From positions 37,585 to 101,584 of the forward strand of contig CAZNDJ010000002.1 of NCBI GenBank assembly GCA_964571705.1: a DNA stretch of 64,000 bases. The letters are read 5' to 3'. Within the stretch, counting starts at the first letter, position 1. Every line of letters begins with the position of its first letter. This document shows positions 1-10,575 of this stretch, in pieces. This DNA comes from an uncultured Chitinophagaceae bacterium (GTDB lineage Bacteria > Bacteroidota > Bacteroidia > Chitinophagales > LD1). The notes under the pieces are model-generated. The model worked only from the letters and a program-made list of their open reading frames with translations. It made no database searches and was not told the origin of the DNA. The position numbers and the translations under genes were made by a program.

Positions 1-1
1 A

Positions 2-1795
2 ACAGGCGTAACGGGCCCAACAGGAGTCACAGGTGCTAATGGTATAGATGGAACTAACGGAGTGACTGGAGCTACTGGTACTACAGGTGCTGATGGCGTG
101 ACAGGCCCGACCGGAGCGAATGGCAATGACGGCGCAACAGGCGCAACGGGTTCCGTCGGGGCTACTGGTCCTACTGGCGCGAATGGAACTAATGGCAGTG
201 ATGGCGCTACAGGTCCAACAGGTGCAAATGGAGCCAACGGAGCAGATGGTGCTACAGGTCCCACTGGAGCTAATGGTAATGACGGAGTAACAGGCCCAAC
301 TGGCCCAACCGGTGCGAATGGAATCAATGGTGCAACCGGTGCTACTGGCACAAATGGCAATGATGGAGCCGCAGGTGCCACTGGCGCTACAGGTCCTACC
401 GGAGCAGATGGTGCCACTGGTCCCGCTGGAGCTAACGGTAATGACGGAGTAACAGGTCCAACGGGCCCAACAGGCGCGAATGGAACTAATGGCAGTGATG
501 GCGCTACAGGTCCAACAGGTGCAAATGGAGCCAACGGAGCAGATGGTGCTACAGGTCCCACTGGAGCTAATGGTAATGACGGAGTAACAGGCCCAACTGG
601 CCCAACCGGTGCGAATGGAATCAATGGTGCAACCGGTGCTACTGGCACAAATGGCAATGATGGAGCCGCAGGTGCCACTGGCGCTACAGGTCCTACCGGA
701 GCAGATGGTGCCACTGGTCCCGCTGGAGCTAACGGTAATGACGGAGTAACAGGTCCAACGGGCCCCACAGGTGCGAATGGAGCCAATGGTGTAACCGGTG
801 CAACAGGCGCAAACGGCAACGATGGTGCGACAGGTCCAACTGGTCCTGCAGGCGCTGATGGTACAAATGGTGCTACGGGTGCGACAGGTTCTACTGGCGT
901 CACTGGTACGAACGGTAATGATGGCGTGACCGGCCCAACTGGTCCTACAGGTGCCAACGGCACGAATGGTACGACTGGCTCCACTGGTGCGACTGGCTCA
1001 ACCGGCGCCACAGGTCCAACCGGCAATGATGGCGCGACTGGTCCTGCTGGACCTACTGGTGCTAATGGTAGTGATGGAGCAACTGGTCCAACAGGTGCCA
1101 ACGGCACAAATGGTATAACCGGCGCCACTGGTGCTACAGGTGCAAACGGCAACGACGGTGCTACAGGCCCAACAGGTCCTACCGGTGCCAATGGTTCGAA
1201 TGGTGCTACCGGAGCTACTGGCTCCACTGGTGCGACCGGTGCTACTGGAGCAAACGGTACGAACGGTTTAGACGGTGTAACTGGCGCAACTGGTACTACT
1301 GGTGCGAACGGTAATGACGGCACTACTGGTCCAACAGGACCTGCAGGTGTCAATGGTACGAATGGTTCTACAGGTTCCACCGGCGCAACTGGTGCAAACG
1401 GCAACGACGGCGCGACCGGCCCAACGGGTCCTACAGGTGCTAATGGTAGTGATGGTGCAACTGGTCCGACTGGTGCCAATGGCACAAATGGTTCTACTGG
1501 CGCTACTGGTGCTAATGGTAATGATGGCGCTACCGGCCCAACTGGTCCTGCGGGTGCTAATGGGACGAATGGTGCAACAGGTGCTACGGGAGCTACTGGT
1601 GCGAATGGTAACGACGGCGCGATCGGCCCCACTGGCGCTGCTGGTTCTAACGGAACGAATGGTGCTACAGGTCCTACAGGTGCGAATGGCAACGATGGCG
1701 CGACAGGTACTACAGGATCCACTGGCGCAACGGGTGCAAATGGCAACGACGGCGCGACCGGCCCAACTGGTCCTACCGGTCCTTCGGGAGATCCC
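2..1795 (+). repeat. Collagen-like G-X-Y triplet repeat region (coding)
   Basis: Gly falls at every third codon without interruption that I could find. X is mostly A/P/V/T/S/N and Y is mostly T/N/D. The run ends at ...GPTGPSGDP. Confidence 0.9.
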
Positions 1796-4700
1796 GCTAC
1801 AGATGATCAGACCTTATCTCTAAATGGTGACTCATTGAGCATTTCCGGCGGTAATACGGTTTCGCTCAGTGGACTCAAGGGCTGGCAACTGACAGGCAAT
1901 AGCGGCACTACTGTGGGTACTAATTTCATAGGTACTACAGATGCACAGCCCCTGATGGTGAAGGTCAATAACAACAAGGCTGGCTACATAGATTATGCTT
2001 CGCCTTATAGTACCTCTATCGGCTATCAGGCTGCCAATGCTTTGACCACAGGGACGGGCAACGCTGCATTTGGATACCAGGCACTCAACAATGCTACTAC
2101 TGGCGGAGCTAATACGGCCATAGGCTATCAGGCTCTTAAAAATAATGCGACCGCCGGCAACGGTACTGCCGTAGGCTATCAGGCTCTCGCAAATTCTACA
2201 GCCGGAGGTACAGCAGTGGGTTTTTGGGCATTGGTCAGCAATACATCGGGATCACAAAATACAGCTGTGGGTAGTAATGCCCTACAATCAAATACCTCAG
2301 GGGGAGCCAATGTAGCGGTAGGACAGCAGGCCCTGGCAGCAGGTACTACCGGTGGCAATAATACCGGTATAGGATTTCAAGCACTCAAAAATGTGACCAC
2401 CGGTGGCTATAATACCGGTATCGGGGTACAGGCATTGCAATCTATGACCACCGGTACTGATAACACGGCTGTCGGAAATTTTGCGCTGGGCAATATGACG
2501 ACATCTTCGCAACTGACAGCAGTAGGTGCTCACGCACTGAATAATACCACAACTGGCCAAAGTAATACGGCAATGGGGTATATATCCTTGTATAGCAATA
2601 CAACCGGATCTAATAATACAGCGGTAGGTACATCGGCATTGACAAACTCTACCACTGCTAGCTACAATACTGCTGTGGGCTGGGAAGCTATGAAGGCAGC
2701 TACGACTGGTAATAATTCTACTGCTTTGGGTCATTGGGCTTTGCACAGCAATACTACGGGTGTAAACAATATTGCACTCGGATCGCATACTCTGAGCTTT
2801 GATACCCTGGGCAGCAATAATACTGCTGTAGGCTACGCCGCGGGCCAAAATAATCTGGGTAGTAGCAATGTCTTTTTAGGTTACTTCGCGGGCCAAAACG
2901 AAACCGGTAGCAATAAGCTTTATATAGATAACAGCAACACTACAACTCCGCTTGTTTATGGCGACTTTACTAATAATCACCTGACGGTAAATGATAGTCT
3001 GACCAGCAAGTATTTTCAGATGACAAGTGGAGCTGCAAGTGGCTACATACTGCAGGCTGATGCCAGCGGCAATGCTAAGTGGGTCAATCCGACTACTATC
3101 AGTAATAATACAGACTCCCAGCAGCTATACCTGAGTGGTACCGCTCTCTCCATAGGAGGCGGCAATACGGTGTCACTGAGCGGACTGACAGGATGGGCGC
3201 TGACTGGTAATAGTGGTACGACTGCCGGTACCAACTTTGTCGGTACGACTGATGCGCAGGATCTCGTAGTAAAGACAAATAGTAGCGAAGCAATGCGCGT
3301 CAAATCGAATGGTAATGTGATGGTAGGTGCTACCAATACGATGACTGGTGCCACCTCTCTGGCAGTAGGGTCTGGCAATACTACGGGGGCTACCAGCTCA
3401 CTGGTGGCGGGTATAAATAATAAAGTAGATGGCACGGATGTAATGGTGAGTGGTGTCAATAACTATGTAGCCTCGGGCGTGGGACACCTGATCGTATCTG
3501 GTAATAATGATAGTGCCCTACATAGCTGTGTAGCGATATTTGGCTATCTGAACAAGGTAACCGCATTTGAAGGGGTGGCTATGGGAGACCGCAATACTGT
3601 GACCGGACAGTCCAGCCTGGCCAGCGGAGCTTCCAATACGATATCAGGTCAGAATGGGGCTGTACTAGGTTATCAAAATACTGTGAGTGGGTCTAATAGT
3701 CATGTGTCAGGTAAAAACAATATTGTATCCGGTAGTAATACAATTGTGTCTGGCTGGGCCAATCAGGTGACGGTAGATCAGTCTGCGGTATTTGGTGATC
3801 ACCAGATAGTGACAGGATACAACGCTCTGGCATCAGGGTATAATGACACCATATCAAATACATATGCAGCTGCGATAGGCGTAGGCAATAAAGTAAGTGC
3901 CAGCCTGGCTGTGGCCATGGGCCAGAATAACAAGGTGTCTGGCAGTGCCTCAGCTGCCTTGGGATCTGGCAATAGTGCCTCAGGCTCAAATAACTTCGTA
4001 GCCGGAGCTAACAATATGGCGGCCGCCAATAACTCCATAGTAGTAGGTCTGAATGATACCGCCGCGGCTGGTACCAGCAGTGCTGTGTTTGGCTCCTATA
4101 ACTATGCCGGATCATCGCACAATGCAATCTTTGGCGATCATAACAGATCTACTAATTACAATGCGCTGATATCCGGATATAGTGATACGGTCTCAGGGGT
4201 ATATTCTACCATCACAGGTACGTATAGCAATGTGACCGGATCCAATTCCATTGCATCAGGCGTCAGCAACTATGTGACACAAGACGTTTCTCAGGCATTC
4301 GGTCTCCAGAATAAAGTGACTGGCTATGGTAGTCTCGTGGCTGGCCGCCTCAGCATTGCATCAGGTATCCACTCTGTGGCTCTGGGATATATGGACTCTG
4401 CAGTGGGTAATGGTAGCTTTGTGGCGAATGCCAACAACACCGCACGTGGCAACTATGGTACAGCCCTGGGACAGTACAATAATGCTCCGTCTATCGGCGA
4501 GCTGACCATAGGCAACTATGCTACTACTTATACAGCAGTCAGCTCTTCTGCCATTAACACTGCAGACCGTGTTTTTACTGTAGGTGCAGGTACTGGCACC
4601 GCTAGCCGGGCAGATGCCATGGTGATACTAAAGAGTGGCAATGTAGGTATAGGAACCAGCACTCCGGGTAATAAGCTAGAGGTGTCAGGCAATACCAAAA

Positions 4701-7700
4701 CTACCAACTTTCAGATGACCAATGGCGCTACCAGTGGCTACATCCTCCAGAGCGATGCCAGCGGTAATGGTACGTGGGTCAATCCTACATCGTTAGCCAC
4801 AACAGTGAACGCTGGAACAGGTCTCAGCTATACTGGCACTACGCTCAATAGTGTATGGACCCAATCGGGAAGTAATATTTATAATAACAACAGTGGCTAT
4901 GTCGGTATCGGTACTACCTCTCCATCAGAAGAGCTGGATGTCAATGGTACTGCTCATATCAGTGGCGATGCTATCGTGGAGAATAATGTGTATGTAGACA
5001 ACTCAAATACAAATAGCGGGTCAATATCTAATGCAATTATATTTGGTGGCGGTGGCAGTGGGGAAGGTGTCGGCTCCAATCGTACCGGAGCTGCCAATCT
5101 GTTTGGTATTGATTTTTATACAGGATATGCCAATAGAATGGCTATCACCAATAGTGGTAGCGTGGGGATAGGTACCACAGCTCCCGTATCGCTGTTTGCT
5201 AACACTGCAACAAACATTTCAGGATCTGATAATCACGGCATAGTGACCAACTCCCTCACATGGGCTGTCAATGGCAATGGATATGCAGGGGCTATCTACA
5301 ATGCTAATACCGGCTCAGCGGCAAACGGACTCGCAGTAAAGATCGCCGGCACAGGATCAGATAATGTGATCCTGGATGTCTCTACTGGTGCACAGACAGT
5401 AGCTGGCACACCAGTACTCACAGCATTAGGCAATGGTAAAGTGGGTATAGGAACAAACTCTCCGGGCCAGAAGCTAGAGGTGGTAGGAACTACGAAAACC
5501 ACCAATTTCCAAATGACGGCAGGAGCTAACAATGGTTATATCCTGAAGAGTGACGCGAGTGGTAATGGTAGCTGGGTAGCACCGTCTACAGTATTTTCCA
5601 ATACGGACTCTCAGCAGCTGTATCTGAGCGGTACAAATCTCTCCATAGGAGGTGGCAATACTGTATCACTTAGTAGCCTGACGGGTTGGAGCCTGACAGG
5701 TAACAGTGGTACTACGGTCGGTACAAACTTTATAGGTACCACAGATGCCCAGCCGCTGGAGATCAAAGTCAATAATAATATAGCAGGCTACCTGGACTAT
5801 ACCGGCAATCAGAATACATCCTGGGGCTACCAGACATTGTACTCCAACACAACAGGATTTCTGAATACCGCAATCGGATATCAGGCTCTGAAAGCAAATG
5901 TGGATGGAGGCAGAAATCTGGCCGTAGGTGTGACTGCTCTGACATCCAATACCTCAGGAGGATCTAATCTGGCCGTGGGTAATAATGCCCTGAAATATAA
6001 TACTACAGGTAACTATAATACAGCGATAGGTCACGGAGCACTGAATAATAATGTGGCTGCGAATAGTAACGTAGCAATAGGTTATCTTTCGATGAACCAA
6101 AGTACCAGCGGTGCCAGCAATGTGGCAATGGGAGATCACTCTCTCTATAACAATACTACAGGCAACTACAATGCGGCTCTCGGAACATCATCTCTAACCA
6201 ATAACACTACGGGATCGAATAACACTGCACTTGGAAATCAGACTCTAAATGCTAATACCACGGGTACTGACAACGTGGCTGTGGGATATAATGCACTGAT
6301 AGCTAATACTACAGGGTCAGGAAATACGGTGGTGGGTGATCAGGCTGGACTGGCAGTTTCTACAGCCTCGGGTATCGTCGCCATTGGTAGAAGCGCCTTT
6401 GCTAAGAGTAGTCTTTCAAATGATGTGGTGGCCATCGGAGATTCCGCTCTCTATAATAGTACCGCAGATAGTAGTGCCAGCATAGCGATAGGCGGTAGTG
6501 CACTGTTAGCAAACACTGTAGGATATCACAATGTGGCCATAGGAGACAGAGCGCTCCAATCAAATGTAAACGGTGTAGGTATGACAGCCGTGGGATACAA
6601 AGCTCTTCAAAGCTTTACCTCTACAGGTACCTCTACGCCTAGTCAGGCAGGTAATACTGCTATCGGCGACTATGCTATGCTGGCTACCACTACTGGTATT
6701 TACAACACGGCCACGGGCTTTGACGCACTGGTAGCCAATACGACCGGTACTGGAAATACTATTATGGGTACATTTGCGGCGTTCAAGAGTACCAGTGCGG
6801 ACTCCAATACGGCCTATGGTACCAGCAGTATCACGAATACGACGACAGGCAAGAGCAATACTGCTATAGGTGGCCGCGCGCTGGCCTCCAATACAACAGG
6901 GTCATATAATACTGCTCTGGGTACATACTCAGATGTGGTGACTAGCGGACTTTCCTACAGTACAGCGATAGGAGCGTATGCGAAGGTTTCTACCAGCAAT
7001 AGTATCGTGCTGGGTGGCACTGGCACATATGCTGTGAATGTGGGCATAGGTACTACCGGGCCAAACGTGCCACTGGATGTGCAGACGTCCAGTACTGCTA
7101 ACTATGCCGCTGTAGCACATTTCCTGGCACCAAGTAATACGACTGCCAACAATGTAACTCAAGTACGATTTGGCGTAGCATCATCTGCCTATAACGTCGG
7201 TGAGTTGAGGTATGGCTATGTAGCAAATGGTAGTACCAGTAATTATGTACAACTAGGCTTATCCAATGCTGCCGGTATCTCTGTGACAGGTAATAACTAC
7301 CTCGGTGTAGGAACCACGGCTCCCGCAGTACCTGTAGATATCCAGTCTGCACCAAACTTTAATGAAGGCAGCTACGGCTATCTCAACTCGGCTGGTAATA
7401 CAGGCACCTCATCATGTACTTCTTGCGGCGTGAGCCTGAGGGCATCGGGCCGCATATTGGCATCAGAGTTTAATGCTACCTCTGACCGCCGTATCAAGAG
7501 AGAGATACAGCCAGTAGCATCTGCATCTGCACTGTCCATAGCTGATGCGCTGCCTGTGGTGCACTACGAGTATATAGATAAGGTCACGAAAGGTGAAGGA
7601 GGAAAGACCGGATTCATAGCTCAGGAGGTGGAGAAGGCCATCCCATCTGCGGTCAAGGTCTCTACGGATTTCATCCCAAGCATATTTGCTGCATCGGCCT

Positions 7701-8128
7701 CTATCAGGGCAGAGGGTGACAAGCTGACGATCACTATGGCAAATGCACATGGCCTCAGATCGGGAGATGAGGTCAAGATCATAGATGCCGCTAATAAGTC
7801 ATACGAGGTGAAAGTATCTGAGGTGAATGCAGCGGAGTCCTTTAGCATAGAGGGGTGGAGCGGTGGTGATGCCCAGGTACTCTTCGTCTATGGCAAGAAG
7901 GTGAATGACCTGCACTCTGTAGACTTTGATCAGCTCACTGCTGTAGCTATAGGCGCGGTGCAGGAGCTCAATAAGAAGACACAAAAGCTGGAACAAGAAA
8001 ATGCAGCGCTGAAATCTGCCAATGAAAAGCTGCAATCATCTACCACAGAGCAGCAGAAGGTGATGCAGACCATGAAGGCTCAGATAGATGCGATCAATGA
8101 ACGACTGAACATTACTACAACCCGGTAA
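2..8128 (+). CDS. Giant collagen-like trimeric-fibre surface protein with C-terminal tail-fibre (peptidase S74-type) intramolecular chaperone domain; 5' end lies upstream of the window
   Basis: One open frame runs from the window edge to TAA at 8126-8128; the G-X-Y frame continues through nt 2-61, upstream of the listed start at 62. Order of parts: about 200 G-X-Y triplets ([13 protein letters not shown]...); 14-residue NTAxGxxAL..NTTG repeats resembling YadA/Hep_Hag heads; three reiterated [45 protein letters not shown] modules; the [11 protein letters not shown]...[15 protein letters not shown] motif; a terminal heptad coiled coil ([23 protein letters not shown]). Confidence 0.85.
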   Translation, partial: TGVTGPTGVTGANGIDGTNGVTGATGTTGADGVTGPTGANGNDGATGATGSVGATGPTGANGTNGSDGATGPTGANGANGADGATGPTGANGNDGVTGPTGPTGANGINGATGATGTNGNDGAAGATGATGPTGADGATGPAGANGNDGVTGPTGPTGANGTNGSDGATGPTGANGANGADGATGPTGANGNDGVTGPTGPTGANGINGATGATGTNGNDGAAGATGATGPTGADGATGPAGANGNDGVTGPTGPTGANGANGVTGATGANGNDGATGPTGPAGADGTNGATGATGSTGVTGTNGNDGVTGPTGPTGANGTNGTTGSTGATGSTGATGPTGNDGATGPAGPTGANGSDGATGPTGANGTNGITGATGATGANGNDGATGPTGPTGANGSNGATGATGSTGATGATGANGTNGLDGVTGATGTTGANGNDGTTGPTGPAGVNGTNGSTGSTGATGANGNDGATGPTGPTGANGSDGATGPTGANGTNGSTGATGANGNDGATGPTGPAGANGTNGATGATGATGANGNDGAIGPTGAAGSNGTNGATGPTGANGNDGATGTTGSTGATGANGNDGATGPTGPTGPSGDPATDDQTLSLNGDSLSISGGNTVSLSGLKGWQLTGNSGTTVGTNFIGTTDAQPLMVKVNNNKAGYIDYASPYSTSIGYQAANALTTGTGNAAFGYQALNNATTGGANTAIGYQALKNNATAGNGTAVGYQALANSTAGGTAVGFWALVSNTSGSQNTAVGSNALQSNTSGGANVAVGQQALAAGTTGGNNTGIGFQALKNVTTGGYNTGIGVQALQSMTTGTDNTAVGNFALGNMTTSSQLTAVGAHALNNTTTGQSNTAMGYISLYSNTTGSNNTAVGTSALTNSTTASYNTAVGWEAMKAATTGNNSTALGHWALHSNTTGVNNIALGSHTLSFDTLGSNNTAVGYAAGQNNLGSSNVFLGYFAGQNETGSNKLYIDNSNTTTPLVYGDFTNNHLTVNDSLTSKYFQMTSGAASGYILQADASGNAKWVNPTTISNNTDSQQLYLSGTALSIGGGNTVSLSGLTGWALTGNSGTTAGTNFVGTTDAQDLVVKTNSSEAMRVKSNGNVMVGATNTMTGATSLAVGSGNTTGATSSLVAGINNKVDGTDVMVSGVNNYVASGVGHLIVSGNNDSALHSCVAIFGYLNKVTAFEGVAMGDRNTVTGQSSLASGASNTISGQNGAVLGYQNTVSGSNSHVSGKNNIVSGSNTIVSGWANQVTVDQSAVFGDHQIVTGYNALASGYNDTISNTYAAAIGVGNKVSASLAVAMGQNNKVSGSASAALGSGNSASGSNNFVAGANNMAAANNSIVVGLNDTAAAGTSSAVFGSYNYAGSSHNAIFGDHNRSTNYNALISGYSDTVSGVYSTITGTYSNVTGSNSIASGVSNYVTQDVSQAFGLQNKVTGYGSLVAGRLSIASGIHSVALGYMDSAVGNGSFVANANNTARGNYGTALGQYNNAPSIGELTIGNYATTYTAVSSSAINTADRVFTVGAGTGTASRADAMVILKSGNVGIGTSTPGNKLEVSGNTKTTNFQMTNGATSGYILQSDASGNGTWVNPTSLATTVNAGTGLSYTGTTLNSVWTQSGSNIYNNNSGYVGIGTTSPSEELDVNGTAHISGDAIVENNVYVDNSNTNSGSISNAIIFGGGGSGEGVGSNRTGAANLFGIDFYTGYANRMAITNSGSVGIGTTAPVSLFANTATNISGSDNHGIVTNSLTWAVNGNGYAGAIYNANTGSAANGLAVKIAGTGSDNVILDVSTGAQTVAGTPVLTALGNGKVGIGTNSPGQKLEVVGTTKTTNFQMTAGANNGYILKSDASGNGSWVAPSTVFSNTDSQQLYLSGTNLSIGGGNTVSLSSLTGWSLTGNSGTTVGTNFIGTTDAQPLEIKVNNNIAGYLDYTGNQNTSWGYQTLYSNTTGFLNTAIGYQALKANVDGGRNLAVGVTALTSNTSGGSNLAVGNNALKYNTTGNYNTAIGHGALNNNVAANSNVAIGYLSMNQSTSGASNVAMGDHSLYNNTTGNYNAALGTSSLTNNTTGSNNTALGNQTLNANTTGTDNVAVGYNALIANTTGSGNTVVGDQAGLAVSTASGIVAIGRSAFAKSSLSNDVVAIGDSALYNSTADSSASIAIGGSALLANTVGYHNVAIGDRALQSNVNGVGMTAVGYKALQSFTSTGTSTPSQAGNTAIGDYAMLATTTGIYNTATGFDALVANTTGTGNTIMGTFAAFKSTSADSNTAYGTSSITNTTTGKSNTAIGGRALASNTTGSYNTALGTYSDVVTSGLSYSTAIGAYAKVSTSNSIVLGGTGTYAVNVGIGTTGPNVPLDVQTSSTANYAAVAHFLAPSNTTANNVTQVRFGVASSAYNVGELRYGYVANGSTSNYVQLGLSNAAGISVTGNNYLGVGTTAPAVPVDIQSAPNFNEGSYGYLNSAGNTGTSSCTSCGVSLRASGRILASEFNATSDRRIKREIQPVASASALSIADALPVVHYEYIDKVTKGEGGKTGFIAQEVEKAIPSAVKVSTDFIPSIFAASASIRAEGDKLTITMANAHGLRSGDEVKIIDAANKSYEVKVSEVNAAESFSIEGWSGGDAQVLFVYGKKVNDLHSVDFDQLTAVAIGAVQELNKKTQKLEQENAALKSANEKLQSSTTEQQKVMQTMKAQIDAINERLNITTTR
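179..772 (+). repeat. Near-perfect tandem duplication, 2 x 297 bp (99 codons), inside the collagen-like region
   Basis: Base-by-base comparison of 179-475 with 476-772 shows identity except 2 mismatches in the last 9 nt (gggcccaacaggc vs gggccccacaggt). Confidence 0.9.
7481..8125 (+). other. Peptidase S74-like intramolecular chaperone / autoprocessing domain plus C-terminal coiled coil (domain of the 2-8128 CDS)
   Basis: The motif S-D-R-R-I-K-R-E-I starts at codon 7481-7483. It is followed by LPVVHYEY...[17 protein letters not shown], as in phage endosialidase and tail-fibre C-terminal chaperone domains. Confidence 0.7.
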
Positions 8129-8155
8129 AACTTTTCATAACGAGGGTTTACTTAA

Positions 8156-8191
8156 GGGCCGTCTCCTGGGTGGGGGGCGGCCCGTTTTTTT
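8156..8191. terminator. Intrinsic terminator hairpin between convergent genes
   Basis: Stem GGGCCG (8156-8161) pairs with CGGCCC (8178-8183) and is followed by GTTTTTTT. It lies between the stop at 8128 (+) and the stop at 8190-8192 (-). Confidence 0.6.
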
Positions 8192-8867
8192 AGATGAAGG
8201 TCACCATATCTGCTGGCAGGTGGCTGTAGTTATTATAGTAGCTCAGTGTAGCGCGTTTGTCATTGAAGAGGAGAGAAGTGATTGAGGTGTTGACCACGTG
8301 CTGATTGAGATCGGCCATGCGGATCTCGGGCATGCCAAGTAGCTGGGTCATGTAGAGTGAAATGACACCTCCGGAGGTCACAGCTACTACATGTTTGTGC
8401 GCATCCCGGCGTGCTGCGGCCATGATGTCGCTCATGGTATCCTGCACTCGTGAGCGGAAGTCACGAAAGGACTCATGGTAGGACGTGGTGCCATCTTCCT
8501 GCATCCACTTAGACATGGCGGTCTTAAACTCGCTCTCCATAAACGCACGCGGATCGCTCTGCTCCATGATGATAGCCGTCATCTTCTCTCGGTCATGTAT
8601 GGCCGGCTGGTGTACAGAGAGCACATTCATGTGGTCAAATTCGTTCAGGCCCGGATGAACGATGGCCTGCGCGTCAGGGAAAGCACCAAGTGCGGTATCT
8701 TTCTGGCGGAGCATGGTGCCATGCCAGATGGCCAGGTGACTGTGCAGCTCCTGCGGAAAGTGCTGCGGGATATAGGTGGCCTGTTTGTGCCCCAGGTCTG
8801 AGAGTTTGTCATAATCGTCGGCTCCAAAGGAAGCCTGTCCGTGCCGGACGAGATACAGTTTTGCCAT
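8190..8867 (-). CDS. Histidine phosphatase family protein (phosphoglycerate mutase-like)
   Basis: The family-typical N-terminus MAKLYLVRHGQASFG (RHG catalytic motif) begins at ATG 8865-8867. The longer ORF to 9302 would overlap the divergent gene at 9001 and adds non-homologous-looking sequence. Confidence 0.8.
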   Translation of the reverse strand: MAKLYLVRHGQASFGADDYDKLSDLGHKQATYIPQHFPQELHSHLAIWHGTMLRQKDTALGAFPDAQAIVHPGLNEFDHMNVLSVHQPAIHDREKMTAIIMEQSDPRAFMESEFKTAMSKWMQEDGTTSYHESFRDFRSRVQDTMSDIMAAARRDAHKHVVAVTSGGVISLYMTQLLGMPEIRMADLNQHVVNTSITSLLFNDKRATLSYYNNYSHLPADMVTFI

Positions 8868-9000
8868 AGCTATGCGTTTTGCCGCCCACGAATATATCCC
8901 TAAAAGGCACGGTAAGCAATGCGCGGTTTTGTCCTTTTTGAGGGAGTGATGATCAGCGACTTTTGTATCAGCAAAAAATTCATCACTTAAATCCATTATC

Positions 9001-10047
9001 ATGAAAAGCAAGATCTTTACTATTCTTTCCGTTTGCCTCATAGGCTGGGCTGGACTGCAGGCACAGCCTTCTATCCCGGGGAGTGCCTTTCCGGCAGCAG
9101 GTACCAGTTTTAAGCTCACACTCGCAGATACGACCGGCGTACAGGCTGGCACCGGCGGCGCTGCGGCCACGTGGAATTTCAGTACACTGAGTCCTAACGG
9201 CGCCTTCCAGTACGATACATTCTTCACACCATCTGCTACGAGGTATGGGGCACTCTTCCCTACTGCAGATGTGGCCCTGCATGAGGTGAATCCGGGTACC
9301 AACTATTTCGTCTACTACCAGAATGATGCAGCTAATGGCTTCTACAAGCGTATAGCCAATGTGCAACCGGATACGGTGATCTACTCAGACCCGGCTAATG
9401 AGTATCCGTACCCGCTCTCCTTTAATAATAACTATAACGACAACTATTACGCTCAATATCACTCTACCGGTGGACCAGCGAAAATGTCAGGTACAGTGAA
9501 TGGTGTAGTGGATGGCTACGGCACACTGACCACTCCGGCGGGTACTTACTACAATGTAGTACGCCTGCATGCCCACCGCGTGGAGCATGACACGGTGACG
9601 GTGAGTGGCAATCCTTTTCCTGTGCTGGCGGATTTTGAGTACTATACCTGGTATCAGGACAGTGCATACTTCCCTATCCTCAGCATCGGTACCAGCAGTG
9701 TGACCAGCGCGGTGATAAACCGCCATGCCAAGACCGTGGCCTACCGCGCGGGATACAATATCGGACCATCAGGTGTGAATGATATAGCCGGCACTGCTGC
9801 CAGGTTTATGATCTATCCTAATCCTGCTACGCAGAAAGCCAATATCATCTATGACGCTGGCAACGGAGGCAATACAGAGATCAGCCTCTATGATATGACC
9901 GACCGGCTGGTGATACAGCATAATATAGCTGGTGCAGGCGTACAGACCATGACGATCAATACAGCTGACCTCACTGTAGGGATCTACGAAGTGAAGGTGC
10001 TGAATGCAGCAGGCAATAGCTCTCAAAAACTGGAGATCTCCAGATAA
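9001..10047 (+). CDS. Secreted protein of unknown function with T9SS type A C-terminal sorting domain
   Basis: Signal peptide MKSKIFTILSVCLIGWAGLQAQ. The C-terminal ~80 aa (FMIYPNPATQKANIIY...DLTVGIYEVKVLNAAGNSSQKLEI) fit the Por/T9SS type A CTD pattern. Confidence 0.75.
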   Translation: MKSKIFTILSVCLIGWAGLQAQPSIPGSAFPAAGTSFKLTLADTTGVQAGTGGAAATWNFSTLSPNGAFQYDTFFTPSATRYGALFPTADVALHEVNPGTNYFVYYQNDAANGFYKRIANVQPDTVIYSDPANEYPYPLSFNNNYNDNYYAQYHSTGGPAKMSGTVNGVVDGYGTLTTPAGTYYNVVRLHAHRVEHDTVTVSGNPFPVLADFEYYTWYQDSAYFPILSIGTSSVTSAVINRHAKTVAYRAGYNIGPSGVNDIAGTAARFMIYPNPATQKANIIYDAGNGGNTEISLYDMTDRLVIQHNIAGAGVQTMTINTADLTVGIYEVKVLNAAGNSSQKLEISR

Positions 10048-10068
10048 ATTTTAAGTGGTAGTTTTTTT

Positions 10069-10103
10069 GTAACAGGGATCGCCGGCAGGTGATCCCTCGT
10101 TAC
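10069..10103. terminator. Hairpin between convergent genes (9001-10047 + and crcB -)
   Basis: GTAACaGGGATC (10069-10080), a 10-nt loop, then GATCCCtcGTTAC (10091-10103); T/A-rich flanks on both sides. Confidence 0.5.
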
Positions 10104-10109
10104 ATTTTA

Positions 10110-10490
10110 TCATGACAGCCGGTGAGCCTGCAGGCCGATGTATGTGGCAGTCAGTCCCGCTACTACAGACACACCCACATAGAGCAAGGCCTGAGCAGGC
10201 TGCCCGCTGCGGAGCAGTGCCAGAGATTCATTGGAGAATGCAGAGAATGTGGTGAAGCCACCCAGTATACCGGTAGCAAGAAAAAGGCGCGCCTGGTCAG
10301 TGACGAACCCCTTTTCGTACAGGCCCAATACGATACCTATCAGGAAGCAGCCGATCACATTCACCGCCAGTGTGCCAAACGGAAAGCCACCCTCCACTCT
10401 GGACTGTATGGCCTGTGAGAGCAGGAAGCGTAGTACGCCTCCTATGAAACTGCCGATGCCGATAAAAATAATTGTCTTGCCCATAGACAT
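10110..10490 (-). CDS. crcB: Fluoride ion channel CrcB/FluC
   Basis: 126 aa, four hydrophobic segments. Motifs GGVLRF, FPFGTLAVNVIGCFLIG and GFTTFSAFSNE are typical of CrcB. A fluoride-riboswitch-like element lies directly upstream. Confidence 0.9.
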   Translation of the reverse strand: MSMGKTIIFIGIGSFIGGVLRFLLSQAIQSRVEGGFPFGTLAVNVIGCFLIGIVLGLYEKGFVTDQARLFLATGILGGFTTFSAFSNESLALLRSGQPAQALLYVGVSVVAGLTATYIGLQAHRLS

Positions 10491-10509
10491 AGTTTAGCTG
10501 TCATGAAAT

Positions 10510-10560
10510 GCAGGCGCCATCAGCTTCTTAGGGCGGTTGGGGCAGGAAGACACCATTTCC
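10510..10560 (-). promoter_or_regulatory. Candidate fluoride (crcB motif) riboswitch aptamer
   Basis: Minus strand reads GGAAAUGGUGUCUUCC UGCCCCAACCGCCC UAAGAA GCUGAUGGCGCCUGC. P1 is GGAA/UUCC around the 8-nt loop AUGGUGUC. The AACCGCC and GCUGAUGG segments are conserved, and 3' GGCGCC can pseudoknot with loop GGUGUC. The element ends 19 nt upstream of the crcB ATG. Confidence 0.7.
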
Positions 10561-10575
10561 TGTTTATCTGAAATG

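Noticed and set aside
1302-4038. Alternative-frame and antisense ORFs inside the collagen/fibre gene (1302-1823 +, 2297-2848 -, 3043-3459 -, 3693-4038 - and others up to 8035)
   Set aside because: They lie entirely within a much longer ORF with clear domain signatures. Their translations are low-complexity mirrors of the G-X-Y and NT-rich repeats (L/V/Q/M-rich or Cys/Ile-rich). None has a start context or recognisable motif.
2-8128. Prophage interpretation of the tail-fibre-domain gene
   Set aside because: No capsid, portal, terminase, baseplate, lysis or integrase genes follow it. The next genes are a phosphatase, a T9SS protein, crcB and similar. I cannot exclude phage genes upstream of the window, so this is rejected only provisionally.
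8868-9366. Long N-terminal extension of the histidine phosphatase ORF (to 9302) and the 8983-9366 minus-strand ORF
   Set aside because: The extension overlaps the well-supported + strand T9SS protein gene from 9001. It has Ala/Pro/Val-rich antisense-type composition. The family-typical N-terminus begins at the internal ATG 8867.
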